A stretch of DNA of 51,734 bases, filler included, from Jimgerdemannia flammicorona (taxonomy: Eukaryota), in NCBI GenBank assembly GCA_003990765.1. It is 2 parts of 2 records of this genome, joined end to end, with 100 filler letters (N's around TTAATTAATTAA, not from the genome) between each part and the next. Parts side by side here need not be neighbours in the genome. Positions count along the whole stretch, not along the records: positions 1 to 25,817 come from RBNJ01000786.1; 1 more part is not named here. One strand, 5' to 3'. Of the stretch, positions 12,615-25,917 are shown piece by piece; within the stretch, counting starts at the first letter, position 1, and each line of letters starts with the position of its first letter. A model generated the notes under the pieces. That model saw only the letters and a list, made by a program, of their open reading frames with translations, did not search any database and was not told where the DNA came from. The position numbers were made by a program, and so were the translations under genes.

Positions 12615-14644
12615 CTACTGCTTCATGCCCATCTCCTCCTGTGCTGTGTCCAGATTGTATTCAGCCATCACCTCCTCCTCTTCAGCCCTCTGAACCTCTA
12701 GTCCAGCCAACAGCTCATTCATCTCCTCATCAGCCTTCTCCTCAAACTCCTCTCTGTACTCGATGCAAGCCTTCTGCCAAAGCTGCAACCCATGACACCT
12801 GTTCCAACAGTACTCAGCCTTCTCCCCAGTGACAACTGCCAACTCTGCCTCCCTCTCCTTATCTACCTCATACCCTTCCTCCTCCAGATACACCACAAGA
12901 ATTTCTGCCTTCAGTGCCATCGCCACTCCTTCCCCCTGCAAAATTCTCACTCAGTACTCGTCACCCATCCCATGCAAGTCCACCTCCCCCAGCTCTTCTG
13001 CCACCAGGTTATTCATCATCCAGCACATCCAAAGTAGGTTCCCCACCTCCTTCCCACCAGGGGTCGCCAGCCTCCCTCTGTCCAGCATCATGGTGTCAGC
13101 TCCAGCACTCGTGTCCTCATCCCACATCTCTGGGACATCCACCAGTTCCTCCTCCCTGGCCACCACTACCTGGTCCCCATCCATCACCTCTGGAATGCTG
13201 AATTTCACCTGCTGGGTCCCAGCATCATCACATTCTCCCCAGATTTGTTCCTGGAAGCCGGGCCATGCCTGATAAGAGGGGAAGGGGTGGGGGAGTTCTC
13301 CCAGACTTCCTCTCAAACCTCCAAGGTGCCATCTGCATATGGGTCACTAATCATCACCTCCTTTGCCTTCCCTGTCATTGCCCCATCATTCCCACTCCTC
13401 TCACCAGCCCAGACACTTGCTCCAGCCCCTTCTGCACCTGTCTTCATACTCGCATCCTTCTGTGGTCCACCCCCCAGTTTAGCCAGCAGATCCTTCTGCC
13501 TCTTCCACCCCTGAGCCCTTTCCCACTGCACCTTGTCTACTCGAATTCTCTTCCCATCCACTATCTCCAGATATGTCGACTCCTCAAAAGTCTTCCAGGC
13601 CTTGGCACGCCATTCCACAGCCCCATCCAGCTCCTCCAGTGCTTCCAATAAATCCTCCTCCTCTTCTTCACTTCCTTTCACCCATGTCACCTTATACAGG
13701 AATGTACCCCAAACCATCGCCGAAGACCAGTCCCTCATCTTCCCAGTAGCCTCTTTTCCGGCCAGCTGAATCCTCACATCCACGTCCCCAGTTCTGAGTG
13801 TGGTCCCTTCCCAGACCCTGAATCCAATATCCACTACCTCACCATACTCCGCCATGACATCCTCCACTCTCTTCCTTGTCTCCATCACCATCACTGTGGG
13901 GACTCCTTTCACCAGCAGTTGGACCACCCTCAGATCCCATTTCAAAAACTTCGCCATCAGAACCCACACCTCTCCAACCACCAGCCCAACCCTCAGTGCC
14001 TCCTCCAGTGGTTCGACCTCCTCAAAACCCACCTCCACTCCCTCCAGTCCATTCAGGAACTTCACTGAAGCTGCTCCAGCCACCTGCTTAGTGATAAGCC
14101 CCAATACCATTTTCGCTGTCACCGCTAAGCCCTGGAAACACAGTATGACTGCGAATGCTGAGATTGACTTCTTGAGTAACGGAGCCACTGCCAGTCCCGT
14201 TACACCATCTGCCAGGTCCCTGGGCCTCATGCCCTTCCCACCATTTGGCTCACCATCAGCAGTTCCATCTAGATTTTTTTCCAGATCACCCATCACACCC
14301 CCATCAGCAGTCCCCACCCCAGCCGCTACCCCCCCAGCTCCACCCCTATGGCCCTCCAGAGAGGTACCCCCAAGAGGTTGCTGCCTGGCAGCCTTCACTG
14401 GTACCTTCCCCCCTTGCAGCCAGCTCTCCAGTCCAGCCCCTTGCTGACCCCCCTTCACCTTCTCTGCAAAGCTCACTCTGCCAGACCCTTGCCCTCCAGC
14501 TCCACCCCCTCCTCTACCATGGCCTCCCACCAGCAGGCCCCTCATACTTCCCCCCAAGCTGGGGCCTCTCCCCACTTGCTGCCATTCAAACGCTCCAGGG
14601 CCACCCTGCCCAGTACGCACCTCCAGATGCTCATTGGTTGCTAT
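12615..14644 (-). pseudogene. LINE C ORF1 (Gly-rich N-terminus, RRM-like core, acidic C-terminus)
   Basis: 435-aa open stretch (13313-14620) plus downstream fragments to 12615; homologous to ORF1 of copy E. Start appears mutated from ATG to ATA. Confidence 0.82.
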
Positions 14645-14730
14645 AATACTAGTAGCTTTTCTCCAGAAACTGTGTCGAAAGTGTTGCCAAAGATTGTGTA
14701 ACCTGAATGTTACCAGAGAAAGGTGGTTTT

Positions 14731-17700
14731 GTATAGAATATACTTTTAAATAGGACTAATAGAGAGAAGAATGCTGGAGGCTGAAGTGGTAGTCTGAACA
14801 TATAAGAGAGGGTAGAGTATCTAAGTTCTTTAGTATATACTAACAGATTAGTGTTGGATAATAGAAGGGTTTACACTCACTGGATAAATGAACTTGATAT
14901 GTATATAGATTAATTAGATACTAACTACTGAATACTTGGAGATAAATATCTAAATAGATCTTGAGGTAGAATAGTGATAATAATTAGACTATTGAGGGGT
15001 AAGAGAGTAGGGGTTATTTGGGAGAAGCAGGGAGGAGCTTGAATATTGATGTCTTAATTCCTCTCTATTAGCTGAGAAGAGATTGTGAGAGACATAAGCA
15101 GTAGACATTGAGTTGTAGATTGGCAACTGGAATTATAAGAGATCTTTTAAAGAAGTTTGCTAGGTGAAGTTAAAGAAGACTACTAGAGTAGATTGAAATA
15201 AGATTAGTAGGGTTTGAGGGACTCAATAGTAGTGGAGGGTACAGTGAGCTTCTTGTTAGTTAGAGAGATTATATCTAGAATAGATCAGTTAGTTGAGCCA
15301 GAATACTGTAGAAGACTGAAGAGTAGAGCAGATTTGACTAGAGGTAGAGAAGTTAGAGAGATTGTTAAGAGAGGAGGAGGAGTTTCATATATAGAGAATG
15401 GCTATTAGATTGAGATAGCAGGGGCTTAAGGAGAGCAAGAGGTCTTCTAAGTATTTGTCAAGACTTCTTCAGACCTAAAGAGTGAGGTAGAGTTAGGCTA
15501 AAGTGCTAGATAAGAAGAATATCTTAGTGAATAAAATACAACAGATCTTGGATTCTCTGAAGAGAATATAGAGAGGTCTGTTGAGTGAGAAGGAAGGGGG
15601 TTCAGATGAGGAGACCATCAGGTATGCTCTGGAGGATTAATATCTTCTATAAATAGATAGTTTTGATAATCTGATACTGCCAGTTCAAGTAGAGGAGATA
15701 CTATAGATATTGGTAGCTACTAAATTGAGTATAGCTCTAGATAAGGATGGTCCATCTTGGGACTTTTGAAAAAAAGTAATTAGAGTCCCAGGGGTATTGG
15801 GGGAGATAGTGGTACTTTGTGACTTTGTTCTTATATGTAACTAGTAAGTAGATTGGAGAGCAGGACCTTAGTCTGATAGTACTGCTGTATAGAGATAAGA
15901 GTAGGAGAGAAAATTAGAAGAATTGGAGACTGATAATACTTTTAGATATAGACAGGAAGCTAGTTACAAAGGTTCTTATTATAAGGCTATAAGGAGTAGC
16001 TCAACAGATATTAGGTGAGAAGTAACAGGGCTATATCAGGAGCTAGCTTATTAGTAATGAGACAGTATAGATATATAGTGTAATTGAGAGAGTAAGGACT
16101 TATAGGCTGAATGGAAGATTGGTCTTTCTGGGTTAAAAGAAGGCCTATAATCATGTTTAGTAAGTCTGACTAGAGAGGGTATTAGATATATATGTAATTA
16201 ATATTCTACAGATTCTGGGTTTTTATAATTCATCTATTAGAGGGCAGTAGGGCAGTACTTTTATATGTAATAACCATCATAGTACTTCTTTCTCATTGGA
16301 GAGAGGGGTTTCACAGAGAGATCTATTGTTCTCTATTCTGTATAGTATTTCATTAGAACTATTAATAGATAGAATTTGCTATAAGATTGCTAGACTCTCA
16401 GTCTTTAGTATTATTTGGAAGATGGGAGTCTTTACAGATAATATGGTAGTTAGTCTGAGCTCAGTAGCAGATATGAATGCTCTGTAGAAGCTAATAGAAT
16501 AGTATGAGGAATACTCTGGGGCAAAGCTTAACCGGTATAAGTATGAGATAATGGTTTTGAGTAATAGTCTGGTGGGTAGAGATAACATTGGAATAATTGT
16601 CCCCACAGAAGAGGTGGTGAGGTATCTGAATATTCTTTTATCAGGATATAGCTCTGTCTTATCCAAAGCTTGATGGGAGAGAAAGGTTGATGTTTAGAGA
16701 GAGGCTCTTTGGAGCTAGGGGGGACATCATATCTCTCTAGTGAGTCAAGCATTAATACTTAATATTTATTAATTGTCCAAGCTATAGTATTTGATATATT
16801 ACTTGGATTTTTCAGCCTAAGTAGTAAAGAGATTATTGAAAATAGCAAAAGACTAAATCTGGGCTAGGAAATAGTGTCAGATAGACTGGAGGGTCCTGGC
16901 AATATCTGTGGATATGAGAGGTTTTGATCTGATGGATTTCTTTAAGTAGTTATATTGCTTAAGAGCATGGTAGATGAAGAGGACTATTGAGGTAGGTAGG
17001 TGTTATCGATGCAGAGAGTCTGAGAGATAAGATTCTCTTCTAGAGACTCTTTGAGTGATCTGCTATCACTGTTTAGTCTAGAGAGTAATAGATGGAGCTC
17101 ATTAGATTAGTCTATAGTAATAGAGTAATAAGAAAGAGATATATATATTGGAGCTCAGTGATATAGTAGTAGGATAGGCTACTTCTGAGTGATTTCTTAC
17201 TGATTGACTTTAATATTAGTATTGGCATAGAGTACTAGAGAGAGATAGGACAGGATTTGTAGCCAGTTGGCTGATAGATAGTTGGAATTAGCAACGAGTA
17301 AAACTGGACTGATATCTGGTCCTAGAGTTATTAGATACAGTAATAACTTTCTCTAAAGTACTGAGTGGTCTAGTGATGCTTACTAAGAAGGAATATTATG
17401 TTGAATTTTTGCTCAGGATATTTAGTTGATAGAGGGTACTTTGATTGTAAAGAGTATTATAATATAAGATAGAAGAGGGGGTTTGTACAGATCCCTAAAC
17501 ATTGGCTGAAGGATTGTGAGATTATTAGTAACTTCTGAAGACAGATTGGGGATCATCTAGAGATAGAGTGGCAGGTGGATAGAGTAGGGAGTAGATGGGC
17601 AGATCTGAAGGTAAGATTGGTAGAGTGTATTAGCAATAGGTGGCTTATGATGAAGTAGATAGTCATAGTATGACTGGAGTTGGCTGAATATTAATTATTT

Positions 17701-18001
17701 ATATTTGAGAAGAATAGGTAGATGAGCTTAGAGGAGAAGGTGGTAAGGTGAGAGTGGTTGATGAGAGATCTTCTGTCTGACTGAAAGATGGGATGAAATC
17801 TCTAGAGTAGTTAGTAAATATACCTAGTAGATAGTATTTGTAAGCAGAGTAGTAGAAGGATTGTAGTAATTGATGGTCAGATAGTCTTTTAATACAATGA
17901 AAAGAGAGGGAGACCCCCTAGGAGAATTGAATAGTGGATAGAATTGCTGTATATTTATGAGTATAGATTGGTTCCATAATAAATAATTAAGTCTAAGTAA
18001 C

Positions 18002-18032
<31 letters not shown>
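14731..18032 (+). mobile_element. L1/Tx1-like LINE copy B, part 2 (rest of ORF2, 3' UTR, poly(A))
   Basis: Continues part 1 across the TSD. Decayed RGVSQRDLLFS and FTDN motifs (16296-16487); poly(A) at 18005-18032. Confidence 0.86.
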
Positions 18033-18035
<3 letters not shown>

Positions 18036-18091
18036 ATTAGTAGTAGATATTTTATCTAGCTATTACAGAAGGTAGGGCTCATTGCTCCAAT

Positions 18092-21000
18092 ACCTTTCTC
18101 TGGTAACATTTGGATTATACAAACTTCAAGCAACTCTCAAGTCATTATTTTTGAAGAAAAGATATTAGCAATATAGCATCTGTTGAACTTTCTGAGGTAT
18201 ATGCTGAGCAGGGTGGCCCTAGTACATTCAACTGGCAGTATGTGGGAAGGAGCCATGACTTGGGGGGAAGCATGAGGAGCTTGCTGGTGGGTGGATGTAG
18301 AAAGAGAGGAGGCAGTGTTGGAGAATAGGAAATAGAGAGGATGAGCTTTATAGACAAGGTGATGAGAGGTCAACTGATGATAATAACTGGGCTGGAGGGC
18401 TGGCTGAGGAAGGGCAAGGAGACAGTGAGGGCTATAGGTTCTGAGGGAGCAGCCCATGGAGGTGAGGAGAGCAGGGCTGGGGGAGTAGTGACTGGAGAGA
18501 GTGGGACTATTGATAGTGGAGAGACTGCTAATCTGGAAAAAAAATTCAGATATTATGATTGATGGTAGATCTGGACAGAAGGTGGGCATGAGGCCCAGAG
18601 AACTGGCAGATGGTGTGATGGAACTGATAGCAGCACTATTACTCAAGAAATCAAGATCTGAATTCACCATTACATTTTACTTCTAAGGCTTAGAAGTTAT
18701 AGCAAGAATGATTCTGGGGCTACTAGCTCAGGAGGTAAAGAGGGCCACTTTAGTGAAGTTTTTAAAGAGACAGAAAGAGGTGAAGGTTAGCTTTAAGCAG
18801 GAAGAGATGCCATTGGAGGTGATGGAGGAGTGATAGTAGGAGGGGTGGTGATCTTTATAGTACAGTGCTTACACTGAGATCCTCAAGTAGTATAGTTGAC
18901 AGTACTGGATGTACCAACTATATCAAAGGAGATGACCAGGGGGTTGATTGTATAGGCTATCAAAAAGTATAGAGAGAATATAGATATTGGGTTTAGGGTC
19001 TGGAAGGGTACCAAATTCAGGACTGAAGTTGTGGATATCAGAGTGTGACTGGTGGGCAAAAAGAATGCAGGAAAGATGAGAGACTGGCTAGTAGTTCTAA
19101 AGTGGGGCCCTGTGGAATATAAGATCTCACAGGTGAAGGGAATACTGAAAAGAAGAGGACTTACTGAAGATATTAGAGGACCTAGCTAGAGCTGTAGAGA
19201 GGAGGAGATTGGCCTGGAAGGAGTATTAGGCCAAGACAGTTGTAGAGATTGTCAATGACAAGAGGGTGTGGCTGGATCAGACAGCCTGGGAGCAGGTACA
19301 GGGGAGGCAGATTCAGAAGGAGCTATTGGTGAAGTTGGGAGGGGAGCTGGTGGGGGGGACCATGGCTGAGGATACTGGTTTATAAGCAAGTGCTTGAGTA
19401 GAAGAGAAGAGGGTAACTCCAGAGGTGCTCCAGGGAGTGGGAGGTGGCTCTAGGTTGAGTTTGGTTGTGGAAGATACAGAGATGGTCAAGGGGGAGTACC
19501 CTTAGTATAGAGTACAGAGTGGAGATACTGGTGAGGAGAAACTATAGAATGTACTGAAGGAGGACTGGGATGAGTCAGTACAACAGAATACTGAGAGAGA
19601 GCAGGCAGAGGGAGTGAATGAGATAGCTGAGGGAGTTGAGAAGACTGTGGATGAAGAGAAGTGACTGTGGAAGATGCTAGAGAATATGGCAGCAGAGAAC
19701 TAAGGAGGAGGACTTTTAGGTACTAAGTGAGAGGCACTGGGGTGAAATCCTATGAGGTGAGGAGATGCCAAGGAAAATCTGTGATAAGATAATAACAGCA
19801 CTGCTAGAGGCCAAGACCTATCAAGTGGATGATAACAGGGAGGCAGTGCTTATGGCAATTGTGAATAATTGCATAGTATATATGTGGGGTCTGATGAAGA
19901 AGCTGGAAAAGTAGTGGGTGATATGCAAGGAGTACCAGTCAGAGATAGAGGTGGTGGATGAGGTGGACTGTCAGGAGATCTTGGTGATGTTAGATGCTCA
20001 GCAGGGAGAGGCAAGTGAGATTGCAGCAGAGAGAAACTTGGATCTTGCAGGAAATGGGATGAGTATGGAATTGTAGGATAGGCACTTCCTCTCAAAAAAT
20101 ATTATTCAATATGAATAGTATAACTAGAATCTTCTCTTTGAATGTCAATGGGCTGAGGGATACAATGAGATGATAGAATATCTTTAGCTGATTGAAGGGG
20201 CTGGATGTGGATCTCTTCTTATTATAGGATATGAGTTATGATGTGGACTTAGATTTACTGGACCAGATGAGGAAATGGGGCAGTTCAGTAGTGTGGCAGG
20301 GTCAGGTAGATTTTCTGGTCAGGAAGGGGGTGGGGGATATTGGAGATATTAAATATTGGGAGAGCCAATTGGTATAGAGAGTGTGGAGGAGACCAGGTTA
20401 GAGTTCTCTGACTGTGGGATCATATTATTGTCTGGCAGAATGGAGGGAGTAAGTGGATTGGGTCTGGGGTCTGCAAGAGACTGGTGTTCTGGTGGATACA
20501 GAGATTGACTGTCTGGGGGGTGACTTTAATTCGATATGAGATAGTAGGTTAGACAGGACCAATGAAGAGAGAGGTATGGCAGATAGGAGTGGAGAGATGG
20601 AGGACTGGGAGGAGATTGAGAGACTGAGTTCTTTGGTAGATGCCAGGTAACTTGGGTGGGCAGATTGTAGGATCTATACTCACTGGGTAGCAGGACTGAG
20701 ATCCTGGATAAACTGGGTGTTGACATCTGAATGCTGGGGTGCAGATGTCTGGACTGAGATTGAGATGGTCTAGTGCTCTTGGCCAGACCACTGGGGGTTG
20801 TTGGGCAGAGAGAGATTTGGGGATAGTAGTGATAGGTCAGGACATTGGCACCTGAATACTGTATTGCTAGAGGATAGTACCTTATGGAGAGAATGAGTTG
20901 TAGATATTAGTATTAAGGTTGTTGGCTGGAGGACACAGGGGTTGAAGATTGAAGATTATTGACAGCAGTTGAAATCTGATGCTCAGTGGTATTGGAGTGA

Positions 21001-23595
21001 GGCTGAGAGATAGAGAGGGGCCCAGCAGAGGCAGTATGTTAGATGGACTTCACAGAGGCTGGCAAACCTACTGGAGAGGTGGGCTGGATCATTAGAGGAC
21101 TGCAGAGAAGGAGACTGGAGAATTCAGAGGATCCAGCAGAAGGTGGAAGAACTGAAGGGACTGCTTAGACAGGAGGAGAAATTGCAAGTAAAAGGGCTAG
21201 CAGCTCAGCTATAGTGGCAGGGTTTGGAGGAGGGGGAGCAGCCTACTAAATTTCTATCAAGGCTGCTATAGGTAAGAAGGACAAGACAGCAGTGGGAAGA
21301 AGTGTTGGATGAGGCAGGGGATATGGTGACTGAGACACTGGAGATCTTGGGCCTATTGTGATCTTACTGAGAGCAGCTATGGAGTGAGGAGAAGGGGGAA
21401 GAAGATGCTCTAGGCATTGAAAGGTAGCTGGAGGAATGGCACCCAGACCTAGCTACAGGTCTGGGTGAACTGAAAGCCCCAGTGCATGGAGAGGAGATAT
21501 GTCAGGTCTTGGCAATAACAAGTATGGAGACAGCTCCTGGGGAGAATGGGTTGCCTTAGGGTTTTTGAAAGAAAATAGCTAGCATTGAGGTTATATTGGA
21601 GGAGATGGTGTAGATGTATAATGAGGTCATCAGCTCAGAGTTCTGGATTGGGGGACAGTGTCTGGGACTTGTAGCTCTGTTATACAAGGACAAGGAGAGA
21701 AGAGAGAATTGGAAGAACTAGAGGCTTATCATACTTCTGGATATAGATTACAAGTTGGTGATAAATATTTTAGTGACCAGGCTGTAAGGAGTGACTCAGC
21801 AGATACTAGGGGCTAAGCAGAGGGGCTTTGTTGAGGGTCAGTTGATTTGAGATAGAACAGCATGGGTCAATAGTATTATTGAGGATACTCATATAGCTGG
21901 GGTTGACAGTTGACTAGTCTTTTTGGATCGAGTGAAGGCATATGACAGAGTTTTATATAATATAGCTGGAGGAGATATTGAAGTAAATGGGGGTTCCCCC
22001 AGAGTTCAGGAGATTATTAATTTATCTGTTAGAGGAGAGTCAGGCAGCTATTATAGTGAACAGACATAGGGGAGAGTCCTTCTCCCTAGGCAGAGGAGTG
22101 CCACAAGGAGATCCACTATTACCAATTCTCTATACTCTCTCATTGGAGCTCTTGTAGAACAGGATACAGTACAGAGTTGGGGATTTGAATATTTTGAGAG
22201 TGAATTGGAAGGTTGGGGCCTTTACTGATGATATGGTGGTTGGGCTGGGCTCTGTGGAGGATGTGGCAGTACTGAAGAGTATAGTGGAATGATATAAGAG
22301 ATGTTCAGGTGCTAGACTTAATTGGCATAAGTGCAAGACTCTGGTCCTAGGTAGAGGGATAGTTGGAGGTGATGCAATTGGAATAGTAGTTCTAGCTAAA
22401 GAAGTAGTCTGCTACATGGAGATTTATTTTTCAGTTTATGGCTCCCTGCTGCCTCATGGCTAGTAGGAGCAGTGGCTACTTGCTTGGAAGAATATTTTCT
22501 TAGAGTGGGGAGGCAAGTATATCTCTCTGATAGAGAGAGTGATGGTACTGAATATATACTGGCTGCTGAAGCTGTGATATATTAGATATCATATAGACTT
22601 TCTAGCATAAGTGGTCAAGAGACTGTTAAAGATGGCCAGGTCATAGATTTGAGTAGAGCAGTAGAGCCAGATTAGCTGGGAGATATTGATATTGCCTATA
22701 GATAGAGATGGGCTGGGCCTGGTGGACCTCATTAAGCATCTACACTACTTGAGAGTATGATGGCTGAAGTGAGTGAGTGAATTGCAGGATCAAGAGTAGG
22801 TGCTCCTTATGTAGAGAGTATGAGAAGTTCAGTACTCTCCCTCAGACATGACTGGTGACCTGTTCTCTCTGATAGCTCTTGAAGAAAGTTGAAAGATGTG
22901 CTATAGAGAATTCTGGTAGAGAGTGGTGGATGGTGCCCACTATATTAATCTCTAGTAGAGGAGAGATGAGGGGGAGGAGAAATGGGAACCACAGATGTGG
23001 AGATAAGACTATACACTGTTAGAGAGTATACTGGTAGAGGATTTTTAGCTGAAGAAAGACATGGAATGTCTATGGGAGCATAGAAGGGATTTGTGGCCAG
23101 AGGCATAGCAGTAGGAGTCAGTGAGGAGTGGAACTGGAATGGCATCTGGTCTTAGTATAAGTAGGTATCAAGATGACTCTCTCCCAAGTTCTAGATAGTA
23201 TATATAGTAGAGGATACTGAGGTATAATATAATACTAATCTATCAGTCAGGATATTTGGTAAAAGGGGGTGCTTTAGAGTATAAGAAGTATCTGGATGTT
23301 GGACAGATAGAGGATATAGTGTAGACCCCTAAATATTGGCTTAGAGAGTATGAGGTTCTGAGAGACTTCTGGAGAGCTATCAAGAACTAGTTGAGGTTAT
23401 GACCTTTGAGGAGAGGAGAGGGTGGGAGGTAGGATGATCTCTGGCATAGGTTGGTGGGAGGAGTTGGAGATGAGTGGTTGTCTTTAGGGTGAGCTCTTGC
23501 TATTTGAGTTGAGCTTACCAGACATTGGCTCTATATATTTGAAGATAGTCAACATTTAGTAGTTGGGGTGCAGATTACATGATGAGAGTGGCTTC
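18092..23595 (+). mobile_element. L1/Tx1-like LINE copy D, near full length, decayed, 3' end cut by copy E
   Basis: Family 5' motif CTTTCTCTGGTAACATT; MRPRELADGV; MNSITRIFSLNVNG at ~20112; GRGVPQGDPLLP at ~22090; FTDD at ~22221. Confidence 0.88.
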
Positions 23596-23677
23596 CATCT
23601 TTCTCCAGTAACATTCAGGTTACACAAGACTTGGACGACACTTTCTACAACGTTTTTGGTGTTCAACGACTAACAAT

Positions 23678-25594
23678 ATGGACGGCAACGATCGATCTGG
23701 TGAGCGTACTGGCCAGGGGGGTGGCAGCGCCTTTGGCTGGCAGCAGGTGGGGAGGAGGGGAGATGGTTTGGGGATGCCAGGGGCCTCGATGGCTAGCCGG
23801 GGCCCCAGTGGCGGAGGGAGGGGAGGTCTGAGGCAGAGAGGAGGGGAGAGGACGACCTTTGCTGACAAGGTAAGGATGGGGACGATGGCTACTGGGCTGG
23901 ATAGTTGGCTGGGCCTGGGGAAGGCGTCGATGGCTACTACCCGGGGTCAAGGAGGTGCGACACAGGGTGCTTCTGGTGGTAGGGAAGAGGCCAGAGTAGG
24001 GGCTGGAGATGTGACGGTTGATGGGGCTGTGACTGGGGATCTGGCAAAAAATCCAGATGTGACAGCGGTTGGCAATTCGGGACTTGGAGTGGGCATGAGG
24101 CCCGGGGACCTGGCGGATGGGGTGACAGGCATGGTGTCGGCCCCGTTACTCAAGAAGTCGAGGTCCGAATTCGCGGTCACAATGTGCTTCCGGGGCTTGG
24201 CAGTGACGGCAAGGATGATTCTGGGGCTGGTGGCGCAGGAGGCTAAGGGAGCAGCGTCGGTGAAGTTTTTGAGGGGGAAGGAAGGGGTTGAAGTGGGGTT
24301 CGAGGAGGAAGATGCCTTGTTGGCAGCCATGGAAAAGAGGGTGATGGTGGGCGGGGTTGTGGTCCCTATGGCTCGGTGTATGCGCTGGGACCCCCGGGTG
24401 GTGCAGTTGACGGTGTTGGACCTCCCTACGGTGTCGAAGGAAAGGACCAGGGAGTTGGTGGTAGAGGCGATAAAGGAGTATGGCGAGATTGTGGACGTGG
24501 GGTTCAAGGTCTGGGAGGGTACGGAGCTTCGAACCGGTGACATCGATGTCAGGGTGCGACTGGCTGGAAAGGAGAATACGGGGAAGTCGAGGGACTGGCC
24601 AGCAGCGCTGAGGTGGGGGCCAGTGGAGTGTAAGGTCGCTAGGGTGAAGGGGACTCAGGAGGAGGAGGAGGACTTGCTGGAAGCTCTGGAGGACCTGGAA
24701 GGGGCTGTTGCAAGGAGGAGATTAGCCTGGAAGGAGTTCGAGGACAGGACGGTGGTGGGAGAGGTGGATGGGAAGAGGGTTCGGATGGAGAAAGGGGCCT
24801 GGGAGAAGATGCAGGGGAGGAGGATTCAGAAGGAGTTGTTGGCAAAGTTGGACAGGGGTAGGGCTGGTGGAAGCTCCAGGGAGGGGGCTGCAGGGTTGCA
24901 GGAGAGTACCTGGGCGGAAGGAGGAGAGATGGCCTAGGGCAGGACTCCGATTGGAGGTGGGGAGGAGAGGGAGGTTAACCTGGAGGTGGATGCCGATATG
25001 GGGGATGGTGGGTGCCCTCAGTATAGTGTGCCGAATGGGGTAGGAGGCGAGGAGGAGCTGATGGATGTGCCAGATGAGGAGTGGGATGAGTCAGTAAGGA
25101 GGAGCGCACTGGTGGACCCCGAGGTGGATGGGGGACGAATTGCTCAGGGGGCGGCGGAGGCAGTCGATGAGGAGAAGTAGATGTGGAAGACCCTGGAAGG
25201 GGTAGCGGCTGAAGAGCTGGGGGGTGAGGACTTCAGGGTGATGAAGGAGAGGCATTGGGAGGAGATTCTACGTGGGGAAGAGGTGCCGAGGAAGATGAGG
25301 AATGAGATCCTGGCGGTCCTCTTGGAGTCGGTTGAATATCAGGTTGATGATCAGCATGAGGAGGAGCTTAGACAGATTGCGAGTGAGAGGGCACTTGTCT
25401 TGTGGAACTCAAGGAAGGGACTGGAGAAGTGGTGCACAGTCTGCTTAGATAATAGGGCAGATATGGAGGAGGTGGACAGGGTGGAGTGTCAGGAGATCTT
25501 GGGGGCACTGGATGCTCAGGATATTGAGGAGGGGGAAGTGGAAGCTGAGTGGCTCTTGAACTTGGTGAGGGATGAGATGAGCATGGAATTATAA
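23678..25594 (+). pseudogene. LINE E ORF1 with two in-frame TAG stops
   Basis: The 419-aa, 64-aa and 137-aa ORFs lie in one frame and are homologous to ORF1 of copy C. Confidence 0.85.
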
Positions 25595-25625
25595 GTTGGG
25601 GACTCTTCTACAATATCTATTCAAT

Positions 25626-25817
25626 ATGAACAGTACAACTAGGATATTCTCATTGAATGTTAATGGGTTACAGGGGGTGGCTAGGAGGAAGTACATCTTT
25701 GGTTGGCTTCGGGGTCTGGATGCGGACCTCTTTTTGTTGCAGGATGTTCAGTATGATGTGGATGTGGATTTACAGGAGTGGACTACGGAATGGGGGGGTG
25801 CAGCAGTCTGGAGGGGG
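25626..25817 (+). CDS. LINE E ORF2 N-terminus (APE endonuclease), partial
   Basis: MNSTTRIFSLNVNGL..ADLFLLQD; truncated by Ns. Confidence 0.8.
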
Positions 25818-25917
25818 NNNNNNNNNNNNNNNNNNNNNNNNNNNNNNNNNNNNNNNNNNNNTTAATTAATTAANNNNNNNNNNNNNNNNNNNNNNNNNNN
25901 NNNNNNNNNNNNNNNNN
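25818..25917. other. Assembly gap with artificial six-frame stop linker
   Basis: N-run, TTAATTAATTAA (25862-25873), N-run; 100 bp in total. Confidence 0.97.

Larger units (their letters stand above)
8842..14730 (-). mobile_element. Full-length L1/Tx1-like LINE copy C (~5.9 kb) with poly(A) tail and 17-bp TSD
   Basis: Poly(T) at 8838-8864; TSD GTATAGAATATACTTTT at 8825-8841 and 14731-14747; ORF1 and ORF2 both present. Confidence 0.95.
23596..25817 (+). mobile_element. L1/Tx1-like LINE copy E (youngest, CpG-rich), runs into the gap
   Basis: 5' motif CTTTCTCCAGTAACATTCAGGTTACAC; ORF1 at 23678-25594; ORF2 start at 25626. Confidence 0.92.

Noticed and set aside
11653..14447. Long Ser/Pro/Thr-rich antisense ORFs (also 23947-24543, 37308-37751, 47922-48365)
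   Set aside because: These are shadow frames opposite TE coding strands, with no independent motifs.
25862..25873. TTAATTAATTAA palindrome
   Set aside because: It is centred in an N-run and is an artificial scaffolding linker. Adjacency of LINE E and Gypsy copy 2 across the gap is therefore unproven.
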